Of a stretch of 64,000 bases of DNA, positions 1 to 9,127 are shown one piece after another. The notes under the pieces are model-generated. The model saw only the letters and a list, made by a program, of their open reading frames with translations, was not told the origin of the DNA and did no database searches. The DNA is from an uncultured Verrucomicrobiota bacterium (GTDB lineage: Bacteria; Verrucomicrobiota; Verrucomicrobiia; Limisphaerales; UBA1412): positions 26,963 through 90,962 of the forward strand of contig CALXMK010000008.1 of assembly GCA_944389455.1 (NCBI GenBank). The letters are read 5' to 3'. Numbering within the stretch: position 1 is the first letter of the stretch; every line of letters begins with the position of its first letter. The position numbers were made by a program, and so were the translations under genes.

Positions 1-1
1 A

Positions 2-589
2 CCTGCTCTCGACTACATTGAAGGAGCATTGCTCATGGCTCCAATCTACTATGTCAGCGGAAATCATGAATATTGGTCCAAACGCTATTCCGAGTTTAAA
101 GAAAAACTTAAAACACTCGTTGTCGATAACCGGAAGAAACTGTTTCTCTTAGAAGACAAGCAAGAAACAATCACCCGTACTGGAGGGCAAATTCAACTCT
201 GCGGTCTCTCTGATCCTCTCATGACAAAAGATCCAGATAAGATGCTCTATACCCTCAATTTCTTCAAAGAAGAAAAGGAAAGGCGGAAACTTCCATTTTC
301 GCTTCTGCTCTCCCACCGTCCAGAATTATTAGGACTCTACTCCAAATTTCCAATAGACCTGATTCTCTCCGGCCATGCTCATGGGGGACAATTCAGAATT
401 CCACTCCTTTGCCCCTCTGGACTCTTTGCTCCAAATCAAGGTTGGCTTCCTAAATATACAGCTGGAATCTATCATCAAAATTCCAGCTCAATGATTGTTA
501 GCAGAGGGCTTGGAAACAGTCTAATTCCTCTCAGACTGTTCAATCCGCCGGAAGTAATTCTCATTAAACTATGCTCCCGGCAACAATAA
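2..589 (+). CDS. metallophosphoesterase (calcineurin-like, YkuE/YaeI type); 5' end lies outside the window
   Basis: The frame is open from nt 2 to the window edge. Metal-binding motifs GNHEYW and SGHAHGGQ are present. Confidence 0.8.
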   Translation, partial: PALDYIEGALLMAPIYYVSGNHEYWSKRYSEFKEKLKTLVVDNRKKLFLLEDKQETITRTGGQIQLCGLSDPLMTKDPDKMLYTLNFFKEEKERRKLPFSLLLSHRPELLGLYSKFPIDLILSGHAHGGQFRIPLLCPSGLFAPNQGWLPKYTAGIYHQNSSSMIVSRGLGNSLIPLRLFNPPEVILIKLCSRQQ

Positions 590-598
590 TGAATCTAT

Positions 599-1882
599 TT
601 ATAATTGCTTAAAAACCTCCGCTGCTGCTGAAACTGTTTTTTCTATATCTCCTGCCGTATGCGCGGTAGAAAGAAATCCTGCTTCAAATTGAGAAGGAGC
701 CAGAAATACTCCTCTATCCAGCATCCCCTGAAAATAACGTGCAAAGCGCTCCCTGTCACTCTTCATTGCATCATCCAAATTGCGAACAGGTTGATCCGTA
801 AAATAGAGACAGAACATTGCTCCAACTCGATTCAATGTTATGGGAATATTAGCTCGGCGCGCCGCCATTTTTAATCCTTCTTCCAATTCCTCTCCTAGAT
901 TCTCTAAATAGGTATAACAATTATTTTCTAAGAGAAGTTTTAAAGAAGTTATTCCGGCTGCCATTGCCAAAGGATTGCCGCTTAATGTTCCTGCCTGATA
1001 AACTGGCCCTATGGGAGCTAAATAATCCATAATTTCTCCTCTTCCCCCCAAAGCTCCCACAGGTAAACCTCCTCCGATGATTTTTCCAAAACAACTCAGA
1101 TCAGGAGTTATCGAAAAGCGTTCCTGAGCTCCGCCACGCGAAACTCGAAATCCGGTCATAACCTCATCAAAAATCAAAAGCGCATCATTCTCCCGTGTAA
1201 TTTCTCTCAGTCCTTCCAGAAAACCTGGAATCGGAGCAAATACACCACTGTTACCCGGCACTGGTTCAACAATAATCCCGGCAATCCTACCCGGATTTGC
1301 CTCAAAAAGGGCTTTAACCGCCTCTAAATTATTAAACGGTGCTAATAATGTATGCTCAGTAAACGAAGCCGGCACACCTGCACTATCTGGAGTTCCAAAA
1401 GTCAAGGCTCCGCTTCCCGCTTTAACTAGGAGAGAATCTGCATGTCCATGATAACAGCCCTCGAACTTAATAATCTTCTCTTTTCCAGTAAAACCGCGTG
1501 CCAAGCGAATCGCCGACATGGTTGCTTCCGTCCCAGAATTGCACATACGTACCTTTTCGACGCTGGGCACCAATCTTCGAATCAGTTCTGCCATATCCAC
1601 TTCTAATGGATTGGGAATTCCAAAACTGGTTCCCAGATCCGCCGCTTGCTTTATGGCTTGAATAATCCGAGGATGAGCATGTCCATGAATCGCCGGGCCC
1701 CAGGTCCCAACATAATCCACATACTCATTTCCATCTACATCATAAACGTGGGCTCCCGCCGCTCGATTAACGAAAAAAGGCTCTCCCCCTACTGCACGGA
1801 ACGCTCTCACCGGGGAATTGACTCCACCGGGAATATATTTCAACGCTTTTTCAAAAAGCTGCTTAGAAAGTGTATGTACCAT
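599..1882 (-). CDS. hemL: glutamate-1-semialdehyde 2,1-aminomutase
   Basis: 427 aa. N-terminal IPGGVNSPVRAF and the PLP-lysine context FGKIIGGGLPVGA are typical of GSA aminomutase. Confidence 0.95.
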   Translation of the reverse strand: MVHTLSKQLFEKALKYIPGGVNSPVRAFRAVGGEPFFVNRAAGAHVYDVDGNEYVDYVGTWGPAIHGHAHPRIIQAIKQAADLGTSFGIPNPLEVDMAELIRRLVPSVEKVRMCNSGTEATMSAIRLARGFTGKEKIIKFEGCYHGHADSLLVKAGSGALTFGTPDSAGVPASFTEHTLLAPFNNLEAVKALFEANPGRIAGIIVEPVPGNSGVFAPIPGFLEGLREITRENDALLIFDEVMTGFRVSRGGAQERFSITPDLSCFGKIIGGGLPVGALGGRGEIMDYLAPIGPVYQAGTLSGNPLAMAAGITSLKLLLENNCYTYLENLGEELEEGLKMAARRANIPITLNRVGAMFCLYFTDQPVRNLDDAMKSDRERFARYFQGMLDRGVFLAPSQFEAGFLSTAHTAGDIEKTVSAAAEVFKQL

Positions 1883-1884
1883 TT

Positions 1885-2685
1885 TTAAACAAGATATTTT
1901 CTTACTTTTAATCCAGGCGGTATTTGAAGTCTTTTATAGGCACTCCGCTTAACTAACTGGAGAACTCTCTGCACGGTTGAGCGATCGTGACCTGCAGCCA
2001 CAATCTCTTCTTCCGTCTTTCCTTCTTCATTATGCAATGCCAAGATCTGATCCAGTTCCGAATAAGGAGGCAGAGAATCTTGATCTGTTTGCCCAGGTCT
2101 TAATTCCGCAGACGGAGCTTTGGTCAATGTATTAACCGGTATCAACGGAAATCCTTTATATTCATTAATCCAATAAGAAAGCTTATAAACCTCTGTCTTA
2201 TACAGATCAGAGATCACCTCCAACCCTCCGCAAGTATCTCCATAGAGAGTACAATACCCCACACTGGTCTCAGATTTATTCCCTGTAGCCAATAACATTC
2301 CACCAAACTTATTGGAAATAGACATCAAGATGATTCCTCTAATTCTCGCCTGCATATTTTCCTCAGTCAAATCCTCCGACACCCCTTCAAAAACTGGTTT
2401 TAAAGTCCTTTTAAGAGACTCAAAACAATCACTGATTGGGATAATATCATAACGGATTCCCAAATTTACTGCCAATTGTTTAGCATCCTCCACGCTATGT
2501 TCCGATGAATAGCAACTCGGCATCAAAACACCGTGCATATTCTCCTTTCCCAAAGCATCCGTAGCTAAAACCGCAACCAAGGCTGAATCAATTCCACCAC
2601 TTAATCCAACAAGCGCTTTACTAAACCCGCTGTTTTGGAGATACTCTCGTATCCCATTTACTAATGCCTCATAAACTCTTTTCAT
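1885..2685 (-). CDS. nadE: NH3-dependent NAD+ synthetase
   Basis: 266 aa with PP-loop SGGIDS. The stop lies 2 nt upstream of the hemL start, so the two are in one operon. Confidence 0.9.
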   Translation of the reverse strand: MKRVYEALVNGIREYLQNSGFSKALVGLSGGIDSALVAVLATDALGKENMHGVLMPSCYSSEHSVEDAKQLAVNLGIRYDIIPISDCFESLKRTLKPVFEGVSEDLTEENMQARIRGIILMSISNKFGGMLLATGNKSETSVGYCTLYGDTCGGLEVISDLYKTEVYKLSYWINEYKGFPLIPVNTLTKAPSAELRPGQTDQDSLPPYSELDQILALHNEEGKTEEEIVAAGHDRSTVQRVLQLVKRSAYKRLQIPPGLKVRKYLV

Positions 2686-2701
2686 GATCAGAAAAATTCA
2701 C

Positions 2702-3277
2702 TTAATATCTTGGGAACACCTCTAAAAGAGATCCCCTCTCCGTACAGATTAAAGTACCTGGAGTAATCCCATTCTTCTCAAACCATCCCTGTTTAACCTC
2801 CAAAACATACCGGATATCATTAGATTTTGATAAAATAGGATTCTCATCCAAAGGTGTCATATCATAAATCTCTAAAATCACCCCTTCCGGATCAATATAC
2901 GCACAAGAGAGAGGAACATATGTATTCTTCATATAAAACGCTGCCTGAGTCGGCAGCGCATAAACAAAGAGCATTGCCGCATCATCAGGGATTTCTTTGC
3001 GGTGCATCATCCCTGTAGCGAATTCTTTTACACCCAAAGCTAATTCTGCATTTAAAACTTTATCTCCTAAATAGAGTTTTAATCTGGGCAAATTTGTCAG
3101 CGGTTCATCCTGATGAAGCTTTACTCCTTCTGAATCTTTCAGCGGAGGATTGCTCTGTTCTTCTATCTTCTTCTGTTCCTTATACTCTGCTACGACAGCT
3201 GGATCCACAGGCTGATGACAGCCTGTAAATAAACTGCATAACAAAAGACCTCCACAAATGACTGAAATCAGTCTCAT
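2702..3277 (-). CDS. DUF192 (COG1430) family lipoprotein
   Basis: I prefer the internal Met start (MRLISVICGGLLLCSLFTGC, lipobox LFTGC); the ORF could extend to 3307. The C-terminal core (MLFVY, YMKNTYVPLSCAYID, YVLEVKQGWF) resembles DUF192. Confidence 0.6.
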   Translation of the reverse strand: MRLISVICGGLLLCSLFTGCHQPVDPAVVAEYKEQKKIEEQSNPPLKDSEGVKLHQDEPLTNLPRLKLYLGDKVLNAELALGVKEFATGMMHRKEIPDDAAMLFVYALPTQAAFYMKNTYVPLSCAYIDPEGVILEIYDMTPLDENPILSKSNDIRYVLEVKQGWFEKNGITPGTLICTERGSLLEVFPRY

Positions 3278-3638
3278 ACCGGATTTATTTTCAGATAAAA
3301 CAATCATCCTTTCAAGTTTGAATTATCTTGACAGTCCTGAAAAAATAATCGGCTAGATAAAAATAAGAAATAAAAAGAAAAAACACTGAAATAGTATTCT
3401 GAAAATCTCAATAAAACTCTTCAAGCACATATTCCTCAATTTACGATTTATGATAATAATTGTACCCTCTATTACAAATCCAAATTGGAAGTCTGCTCTT
3501 GGTAAAACTTTAAAATCTAATCCTAAATACTTTTGCGTCTGTTCTGCTTCACTCCTGAAAACAATTCTACAAAACAAACTCTATTTGTAAAACTTATCTC
3601 ATTTGCATTTCACTAAAAAACGAGATAATATATCAATC

Positions 3639-6600
3639 ATGAAGAACTCCAGGGTGCTTCGTTCTTGTCTAGGTTGGTTTCTATCTATAGTTACCATATC
3701 ATCTCTGCTTTTTATTTCTCCTTTTGCTAAAGCAGATATTTTGCTTAGAAACACAACCATTAAAACAAATTCAGACACCACACAAGTCCGTCTTGCCTCT
3801 TCTGCAGAAGATGGATCTCTTCAAATTCTCTCTTTTGACTCTGCCTTAACGAAAGAGGAAATTGATCAGCTTAAAGTCAACGGATTTCATCCTATCCGAT
3901 ACATACCTGACAACAGTTGGATCTGTCGAGTTAATTATTCTGAATCTCAAACCAAAGTAATTCCTTCTTCATCCGAACCCTCCATTTTTAACAAGCTGCA
4001 GTGGAGCGGAGAATATAAGCCAGAATATAGAATTGCAAAAGCAATTACTAACCAACCTCATTGGGAGCTATCCCCTGAACCTCTTAAAATCAGAGTTATT
4101 CTCGCAGGCGATAGTTCTCCTGAAAACATTCAAAAAATTTGCGAACTGATTCACACTGATAAACTCCCCTCACTATTAAAAAATAGTTATTACTTGCAAG
4201 GGAAAGCCACCGGCTTTGAACTAAAAAAACTTCTAGAAACCCCTGATATACTTTGGGTAGAACCCGCTGGCAAACTGAAAATCATGGGAGAAGTGGCAGC
4301 TAAGATCGTGGAAGGAGAAAATACAGATCATTTTACATGGACGCAATCACTGGGATATGACGGCAGTGGGGTTATCGCCTGTGTTGCTGATACAGGATTA
4401 GATACGGGAGATTTGAATACTCTTCATCCTGATTTAAGAGACCAGGTAAAAGCAATTTACTATTATGGGGATGTGGATTCCGGCATGGATGAACACGCAC
4501 ATGGAACTCATCTGAGCGGTTCCATTGTTGCCAATGGACTTCGAGGCTATGGAACAACTGATGAAAATGGATATCTTTATGGATTAGGAACAGCTCCTGG
4601 AGCCCAATTAGTCGCTCAAAGGATTATAGATAAAACAGGAACGCTCTTTCTTACGGAAGATTTTCAGTTGTTGGCTCGTGATGCTTATCGTGAAAACGTC
4701 AGTGTTGTAAACAACAGTTGGGGCGCTGAAAATACCGGCACTTATGATAGCTATGCAGCTGAATATGATGCACTGGTCCGCGACTCGGATAATCTAACTC
4801 CCGGCAATCAAGAGATGACTTTCATTTTTGCCGCTGGCAACAGCGGCCCCGGTTCTCAAACCTTAATCACTCCCGGTGTTGGGAAAAATGTAATCACTGT
4901 TGGTGCTTGCCAAAGTGGACGCCAAGTTCTTGGACTCTATGCTGAAGGCCCGGAAGCCATGTCCGATTTTTCCAGTCGTGGACCAACTGAAGATGGTCGA
5001 TATAAACCCGATATCGTTGCTCCTGGCTCCTGGATTACTTCTACCCGTTCCAAGTATGCCAGTACGGGCAATGAATGGCTAATGATTGACGAGAATTATA
5101 ACTATATGGGGGGCACTAGCATGTCCTCCCCCATAGTCACTGGAGCGACTGCCGTTATTATCCAATATTTTCGGGAAATGTGTGGAGGACAAGATCCCTC
5201 ACCTGCTCTGCTCAAATCATTACTTATTACCATTGCTCAGGATATGAATAATGATTACGGCACTGATTACGCTCCTAATTATGATGAAGGATGGGGAAGA
5301 ATCTGGCTTCCGGCTCTTATCGAGAGTACTATTACCAATATCTGTGAAAATCAATCTGTGCTGCTCCAACAAGATGAGATATGGGAACGCCAGTTTTTCG
5401 TAAATGACAGCTCTGAGAATCTTAAAATTACACTTTCCTGGACAGATGTCCCTGGACTCCCTTCTGCTGTTCCCTCATTGGTCAATGATTTGGATCTGGA
5501 AGTTATAGATCCCAATGGAAAACTTTATTATGGGAATCAATTCCTTTATGGAGTTTCCGTTACCGGTTCATCTCCCGACCGCAAAAACAATGTAGAAGGA
5601 TTCTTGATAAAAGAACCTCTCTCCGGGATGTATACAGTCAGAGTACGCGCACACCGAATCGCTGAAGATGCTCGTACTGATACAAATGAAATTGATCAAG
5701 ACTTCGCTCTTGTCATCAGTGGAAATATTGCTGTTAATTCAGATAAAAATCTTATCTGCCTTCGAGGAGACGAACCTATTCCTCTTCCCAATCATGGTCT
5801 TCTTGTGGTAGACAGGACCTATTATACTGCTCCGGATACCATTAAAATCTCTCTCTATGATTCAGATTTAACCGCCACTTCGACAGTTCAAGTAAACATT
5901 GCTTCTGACTCCTTTCCAGAAGGCAGAAATATCACTCTTACAGCTGAAGGAAATTCAGAAAAATTCAGCGGTACAATCCAAACAGTAGATCAAGCGCTTG
6001 GATTCTCTGAAAATGAACTTCCATTATCCGATGGAGATCAAATTATAATCTCTTATGTTGACTCAAATCCCGCTGTAACTATTACAAAAACAGTTTTTGC
6101 GGATCTCTTACCTCCGATTATTGAAGATCCTACTTCTTCATTCCTTTTTGGAAAAGTAAGTATCTTTGCTGAAGTCAACGAACCGACAATGGCTATTCTT
6201 CATTTCGGGCTCAATTCTCCGAATGAATACACTTATACTAATACCGTTTACGGTACTTACCATGAATTTAATCTAACATCTCTTACACCAGGTGAATACA
6301 GCTATTTTATTGAAGTCATTGATTTAGCTGGAAACCAATCCATCAATGATAACTCTGGCAGCTTTTTCAAATTCAATGCGGGAGAGGTCTGCAATATTCT
6401 CTTGGTTGACAGCTTCCAAAACAATTCTTCCGGTTGGTTTGAGATCACACCTCTTCCTCTAAGCGGCTATACAGATTGCCTTGATGAGCTCGGATACCAA
6501 TATGACGTATGGAGTTACTCTGAAATTGGAACTCTTCCTCTTTTGGAAGATCTAACCTCCTATAATATTGTAATTTGGAGAGCAAATGACCTAAATTACT

Positions 6601-8846
6601 TAGATTTGACGAGTTCCACTATTATTCCAGAAGAACAACTCGCCGCAATCACCGAATATGTGGCCAATGGAGGAAACTTCTTCCTATCTTCCATGGAAAT
6701 TTTAAGTTATAGCAGTGCTTCTTTCTATCAGCAAGTATTACATGTACAAACCTTTTCAGAAGACACCCAAGTTCCCTCCATCACCGGAACTCCTGGAACC
6801 AGCATTGGCAACAATATAAGTATCTCACTGGATTACTCCAACTTCCCAAATCTATGGATTCTGGAATCTGACTTATCTGATACTTTTGTCACTACAGATG
6901 ACGCTGCTCCTATTTTTTCCGGACCTCAAGGCACTGTAGGCGTTCAATATCCGGCTAATCAAAATACTGATACCGACTCCGGTCGGGTAGTTTTCCTATC
7001 TTTTCCCATCGATGCCATCCCCATGACAGGAGATTCTCCTAACAACCGAACTGAAATTTTCAGAAGAATCATTCAATTTCTTCTTCCGGGAATTGATGGT
7101 CATGCCAATATAGCTTTCTCTGAAGCAGCTTATTCAATCCCCTCCTCGGGCATTCTTGAGATTGCCGATTCTGATTTGATCCATAATAGCTCTATTGAAG
7201 CATTCATCCATACAGACACAGATAATACTCCGCGCTCTATTATACTCAATCAAACAGTCAGGCCGGGGGTTTTTCAAGGAACTTTCTACCTTTCCCATGC
7301 CACAGAATCAATCTCTCAAGAATATTTAAGAGCCCAGAATGGGGATCTTATCCATGCTGAATATTATGATTCAACCTCTGGAGAACAGACAGTAATCTCC
7401 GCATCTATCGATACTATCCCACCTGTTTTATCTGATATCTCTATCGAATTGGATTACATGGATGGAATCATCTCTTGGACCACAGATGAACCTGCTGACT
7501 CTTTAATCGAATTTGGTGAAAGTCAAAATTTGAGCAGAACCTCATATAACGGAGACTATAATACCTATCATGAATTACAAATCCCTGGTCTCGTTCCAAA
7601 CAAGACCTATTATTTCCGAATCTCTTCTCGCGACTTAGCTAAAAATACAGGGTATGCCAATGAAGGAGAACTCTATACATTTAGTACACCCGTTCCATTA
7701 AATACTCCTTGGTTTGAGGATTTTGAAACAGAAAATGACCTTTGGCTCGTGCTGAACGATAACTCTGTTATAGATTGGGGAAGCTACAGCCAATGGGAAC
7801 GAGGAACTCCTTCTGCTAATATATCAAGTATTGTTCCCGGTCCCTATCAAGGAAGCTACTGCTATGGGATTAATTTGGAGGGTAGTGCTTCTGAATCTGC
7901 AATTACAGCCCTTTTTTCCCCTGCCATCTACTTAGAACCAGGTACCACTTCTACTCTAAGTTTTATGACAGCCTATGATATGCTCTCTGTCGATGACATG
8001 GTAATTCTGAACGCAGGTGAACTTTCTATCACTACTAATAATGGAATCGATTGGACTACGCTCCTTTCCTTTGCCGAAGATTCCACCTTCGGACAATGGG
8101 AAGAAGTAACTGTAGACCTATCCAAATGGACAGGAAATACTATCCGACTGCAATGGTATTATAATTTCCTCTCAATTTTCTCTTCCTCATATCCAGGCTG
8201 GTTTATTGATAATGTTTCCATAACTTCTCTTCTGCCTGAAACCGGCACCATCATTGTCACTAATAATCTCTCCGCCGCACAATGGAATTTATCTTCTAGT
8301 TCTAGCCAAACCAATTGGTTTGGCAAAGGTTCTCAATGGACTATAGAACTTCCAGCAGATACTGACTACACCATCGCCTGGGATGAACTCCCATGGTACA
8401 TCACCCCTGCTACTCAAACTCGCACTCTCTCTAAAGGAGATACTATTTCCTTTGAAGGAATTTATCTTTTCAATGACTCCAACGCAAATAACATCTCTGA
8501 TGAATGGGAACTCTACTTTTTTGATCAACTTCTGTCTCCAATAGAAGCAACATCAGACTTCGATAATGATGGTCTAACCAACATAGATGAATTCATTGCC
8601 GGAACTGATCCGACTAATCCGGATTCCAATCTTGAGCTTTCAATTCAAGTTCAGAATAACAAAACAGCTCTCCTTTCTTGGTACGGAATAAAAGGGAAAC
8701 AATACCTAATTCAATTTTCAAATGATCTGCAAACGTGGGATCTAGCCGACACATTACGCTCTGATGAAAGTGGAATGACTCAATTTAGTATTCCCATTTC
8801 CTCTCAGCAATCTCCAATCTGGTATCGTCTTCAGGTAATTCCTTAG
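3639..8846 (+). CDS. very large secreted multidomain subtilisin-like (S8) serine protease
   Basis: The track ORF opens at a TTG at 3603. The first ATG, at 3639, gives signal peptide MKNSRVLRSCLGWFLSIVTISSLLFISPFAKA. Catalytic triad motifs are VADTGLDTG (Asp), HAHGTHLSGS (His) and GGTSMSSPIVTGA (Ser). A P-domain-like region, Fn3-like repeats, a jelly-roll module and a TSP3-like motif follow. Confidence 0.85.
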   Translation: MKNSRVLRSCLGWFLSIVTISSLLFISPFAKADILLRNTTIKTNSDTTQVRLASSAEDGSLQILSFDSALTKEEIDQLKVNGFHPIRYIPDNSWICRVNYSESQTKVIPSSSEPSIFNKLQWSGEYKPEYRIAKAITNQPHWELSPEPLKIRVILAGDSSPENIQKICELIHTDKLPSLLKNSYYLQGKATGFELKKLLETPDILWVEPAGKLKIMGEVAAKIVEGENTDHFTWTQSLGYDGSGVIACVADTGLDTGDLNTLHPDLRDQVKAIYYYGDVDSGMDEHAHGTHLSGSIVANGLRGYGTTDENGYLYGLGTAPGAQLVAQRIIDKTGTLFLTEDFQLLARDAYRENVSVVNNSWGAENTGTYDSYAAEYDALVRDSDNLTPGNQEMTFIFAAGNSGPGSQTLITPGVGKNVITVGACQSGRQVLGLYAEGPEAMSDFSSRGPTEDGRYKPDIVAPGSWITSTRSKYASTGNEWLMIDENYNYMGGTSMSSPIVTGATAVIIQYFREMCGGQDPSPALLKSLLITIAQDMNNDYGTDYAPNYDEGWGRIWLPALIESTITNICENQSVLLQQDEIWERQFFVNDSSENLKITLSWTDVPGLPSAVPSLVNDLDLEVIDPNGKLYYGNQFLYGVSVTGSSPDRKNNVEGFLIKEPLSGMYTVRVRAHRIAEDARTDTNEIDQDFALVISGNIAVNSDKNLICLRGDEPIPLPNHGLLVVDRTYYTAPDTIKISLYDSDLTATSTVQVNIASDSFPEGRNITLTAEGNSEKFSGTIQTVDQALGFSENELPLSDGDQIIISYVDSNPAVTITKTVFADLLPPIIEDPTSSFLFGKVSIFAEVNEPTMAILHFGLNSPNEYTYTNTVYGTYHEFNLTSLTPGEYSYFIEVIDLAGNQSINDNSGSFFKFNAGEVCNILLVDSFQNNSSGWFEITPLPLSGYTDCLDELGYQYDVWSYSEIGTLPLLEDLTSYNIVIWRANDLNYLDLTSSTIIPEEQLAAITEYVANGGNFFLSSMEILSYSSASFYQQVLHVQTFSEDTQVPSITGTPGTSIGNNISISLDYSNFPNLWILESDLSDTFVTTDDAAPIFSGPQGTVGVQYPANQNTDTDSGRVVFLSFPIDAIPMTGDSPNNRTEIFRRIIQFLLPGIDGHANIAFSEAAYSIPSSGILEIADSDLIHNSSIEAFIHTDTDNTPRSIILNQTVRPGVFQGTFYLSHATESISQEYLRAQNGDLIHAEYYDSTSGEQTVISASIDTIPPVLSDISIELDYMDGIISWTTDEPADSLIEFGESQNLSRTSYNGDYNTYHELQIPGLVPNKTYYFRISSRDLAKNTGYANEGELYTFSTPVPLNTPWFEDFETENDLWLVLNDNSVIDWGSYSQWERGTPSANISSIVPGPYQGSYCYGINLEGSASESAITALFSPAIYLEPGTTSTLSFMTAYDMLSVDDMVILNAGELSITTNNGIDWTTLLSFAEDSTFGQWEEVTVDLSKWTGNTIRLQWYYNFLSIFSSSYPGWFIDNVSITSLLPETGTIIVTNNLSAAQWNLSSSSSQTNWFGKGSQWTIELPADTDYTIAWDELPWYITPATQTRTLSKGDTISFEGIYLFNDSNANNISDEWELYFFDQLLSPIEATSDFDNDGLTNIDEFIAGTDPTNPDSNLELSIQVQNNKTALLSWYGIKGKQYLIQFSNDLQTWDLADTLRSDESGMTQFSIPISSQQSPIWYRLQVIP

Positions 8847-8960
8847 AGTTCTTTGCACAGAAGAAGGATTTCTCTCAGATCGTGTGTCTCTGGTACTTTC
8901 TCTTGCAAAGAGGGAAAATATCCTTACACAGTAGAAAACAAATAAATTTGACTTTCCATT

Positions 8961-8993
8961 AACACAAAAAACACAGTTCTATCAAACTGTGTT
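8961..8993 (-). terminator. candidate intrinsic terminator downstream of the GH78 gene
   Basis: Perfect 9-bp stem aacacagtt/aactgtgtt (8970-8978 / 8985-8993) with a 6-nt loop. On the minus strand it is followed by TTTTGTGTT. Confidence 0.5.
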
Positions 8994-9127
8994 AAATGAT
9001 CTCAACCTATTCTCATGTCCAGAAGTCCCCTTCTAGGAACTTCTGAACAGAAAAATGTAAAATAATATAAACTAAATTTCCACAGCTTGTTCTGCTTAGT
9101 AAACAGCGACAAACATCATCTGAAAAT

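Noticed and set aside
3353-3577. 74-aa minus-strand ORF in the divergent intergenic region between the DUF192 gene and the S8 protease gene.
   Set aside because: It has a TTG start and an F/I/L-rich low-complexity product typical of random ORFs in AT-rich DNA. The region is more plausibly promoter DNA for the two divergent genes.
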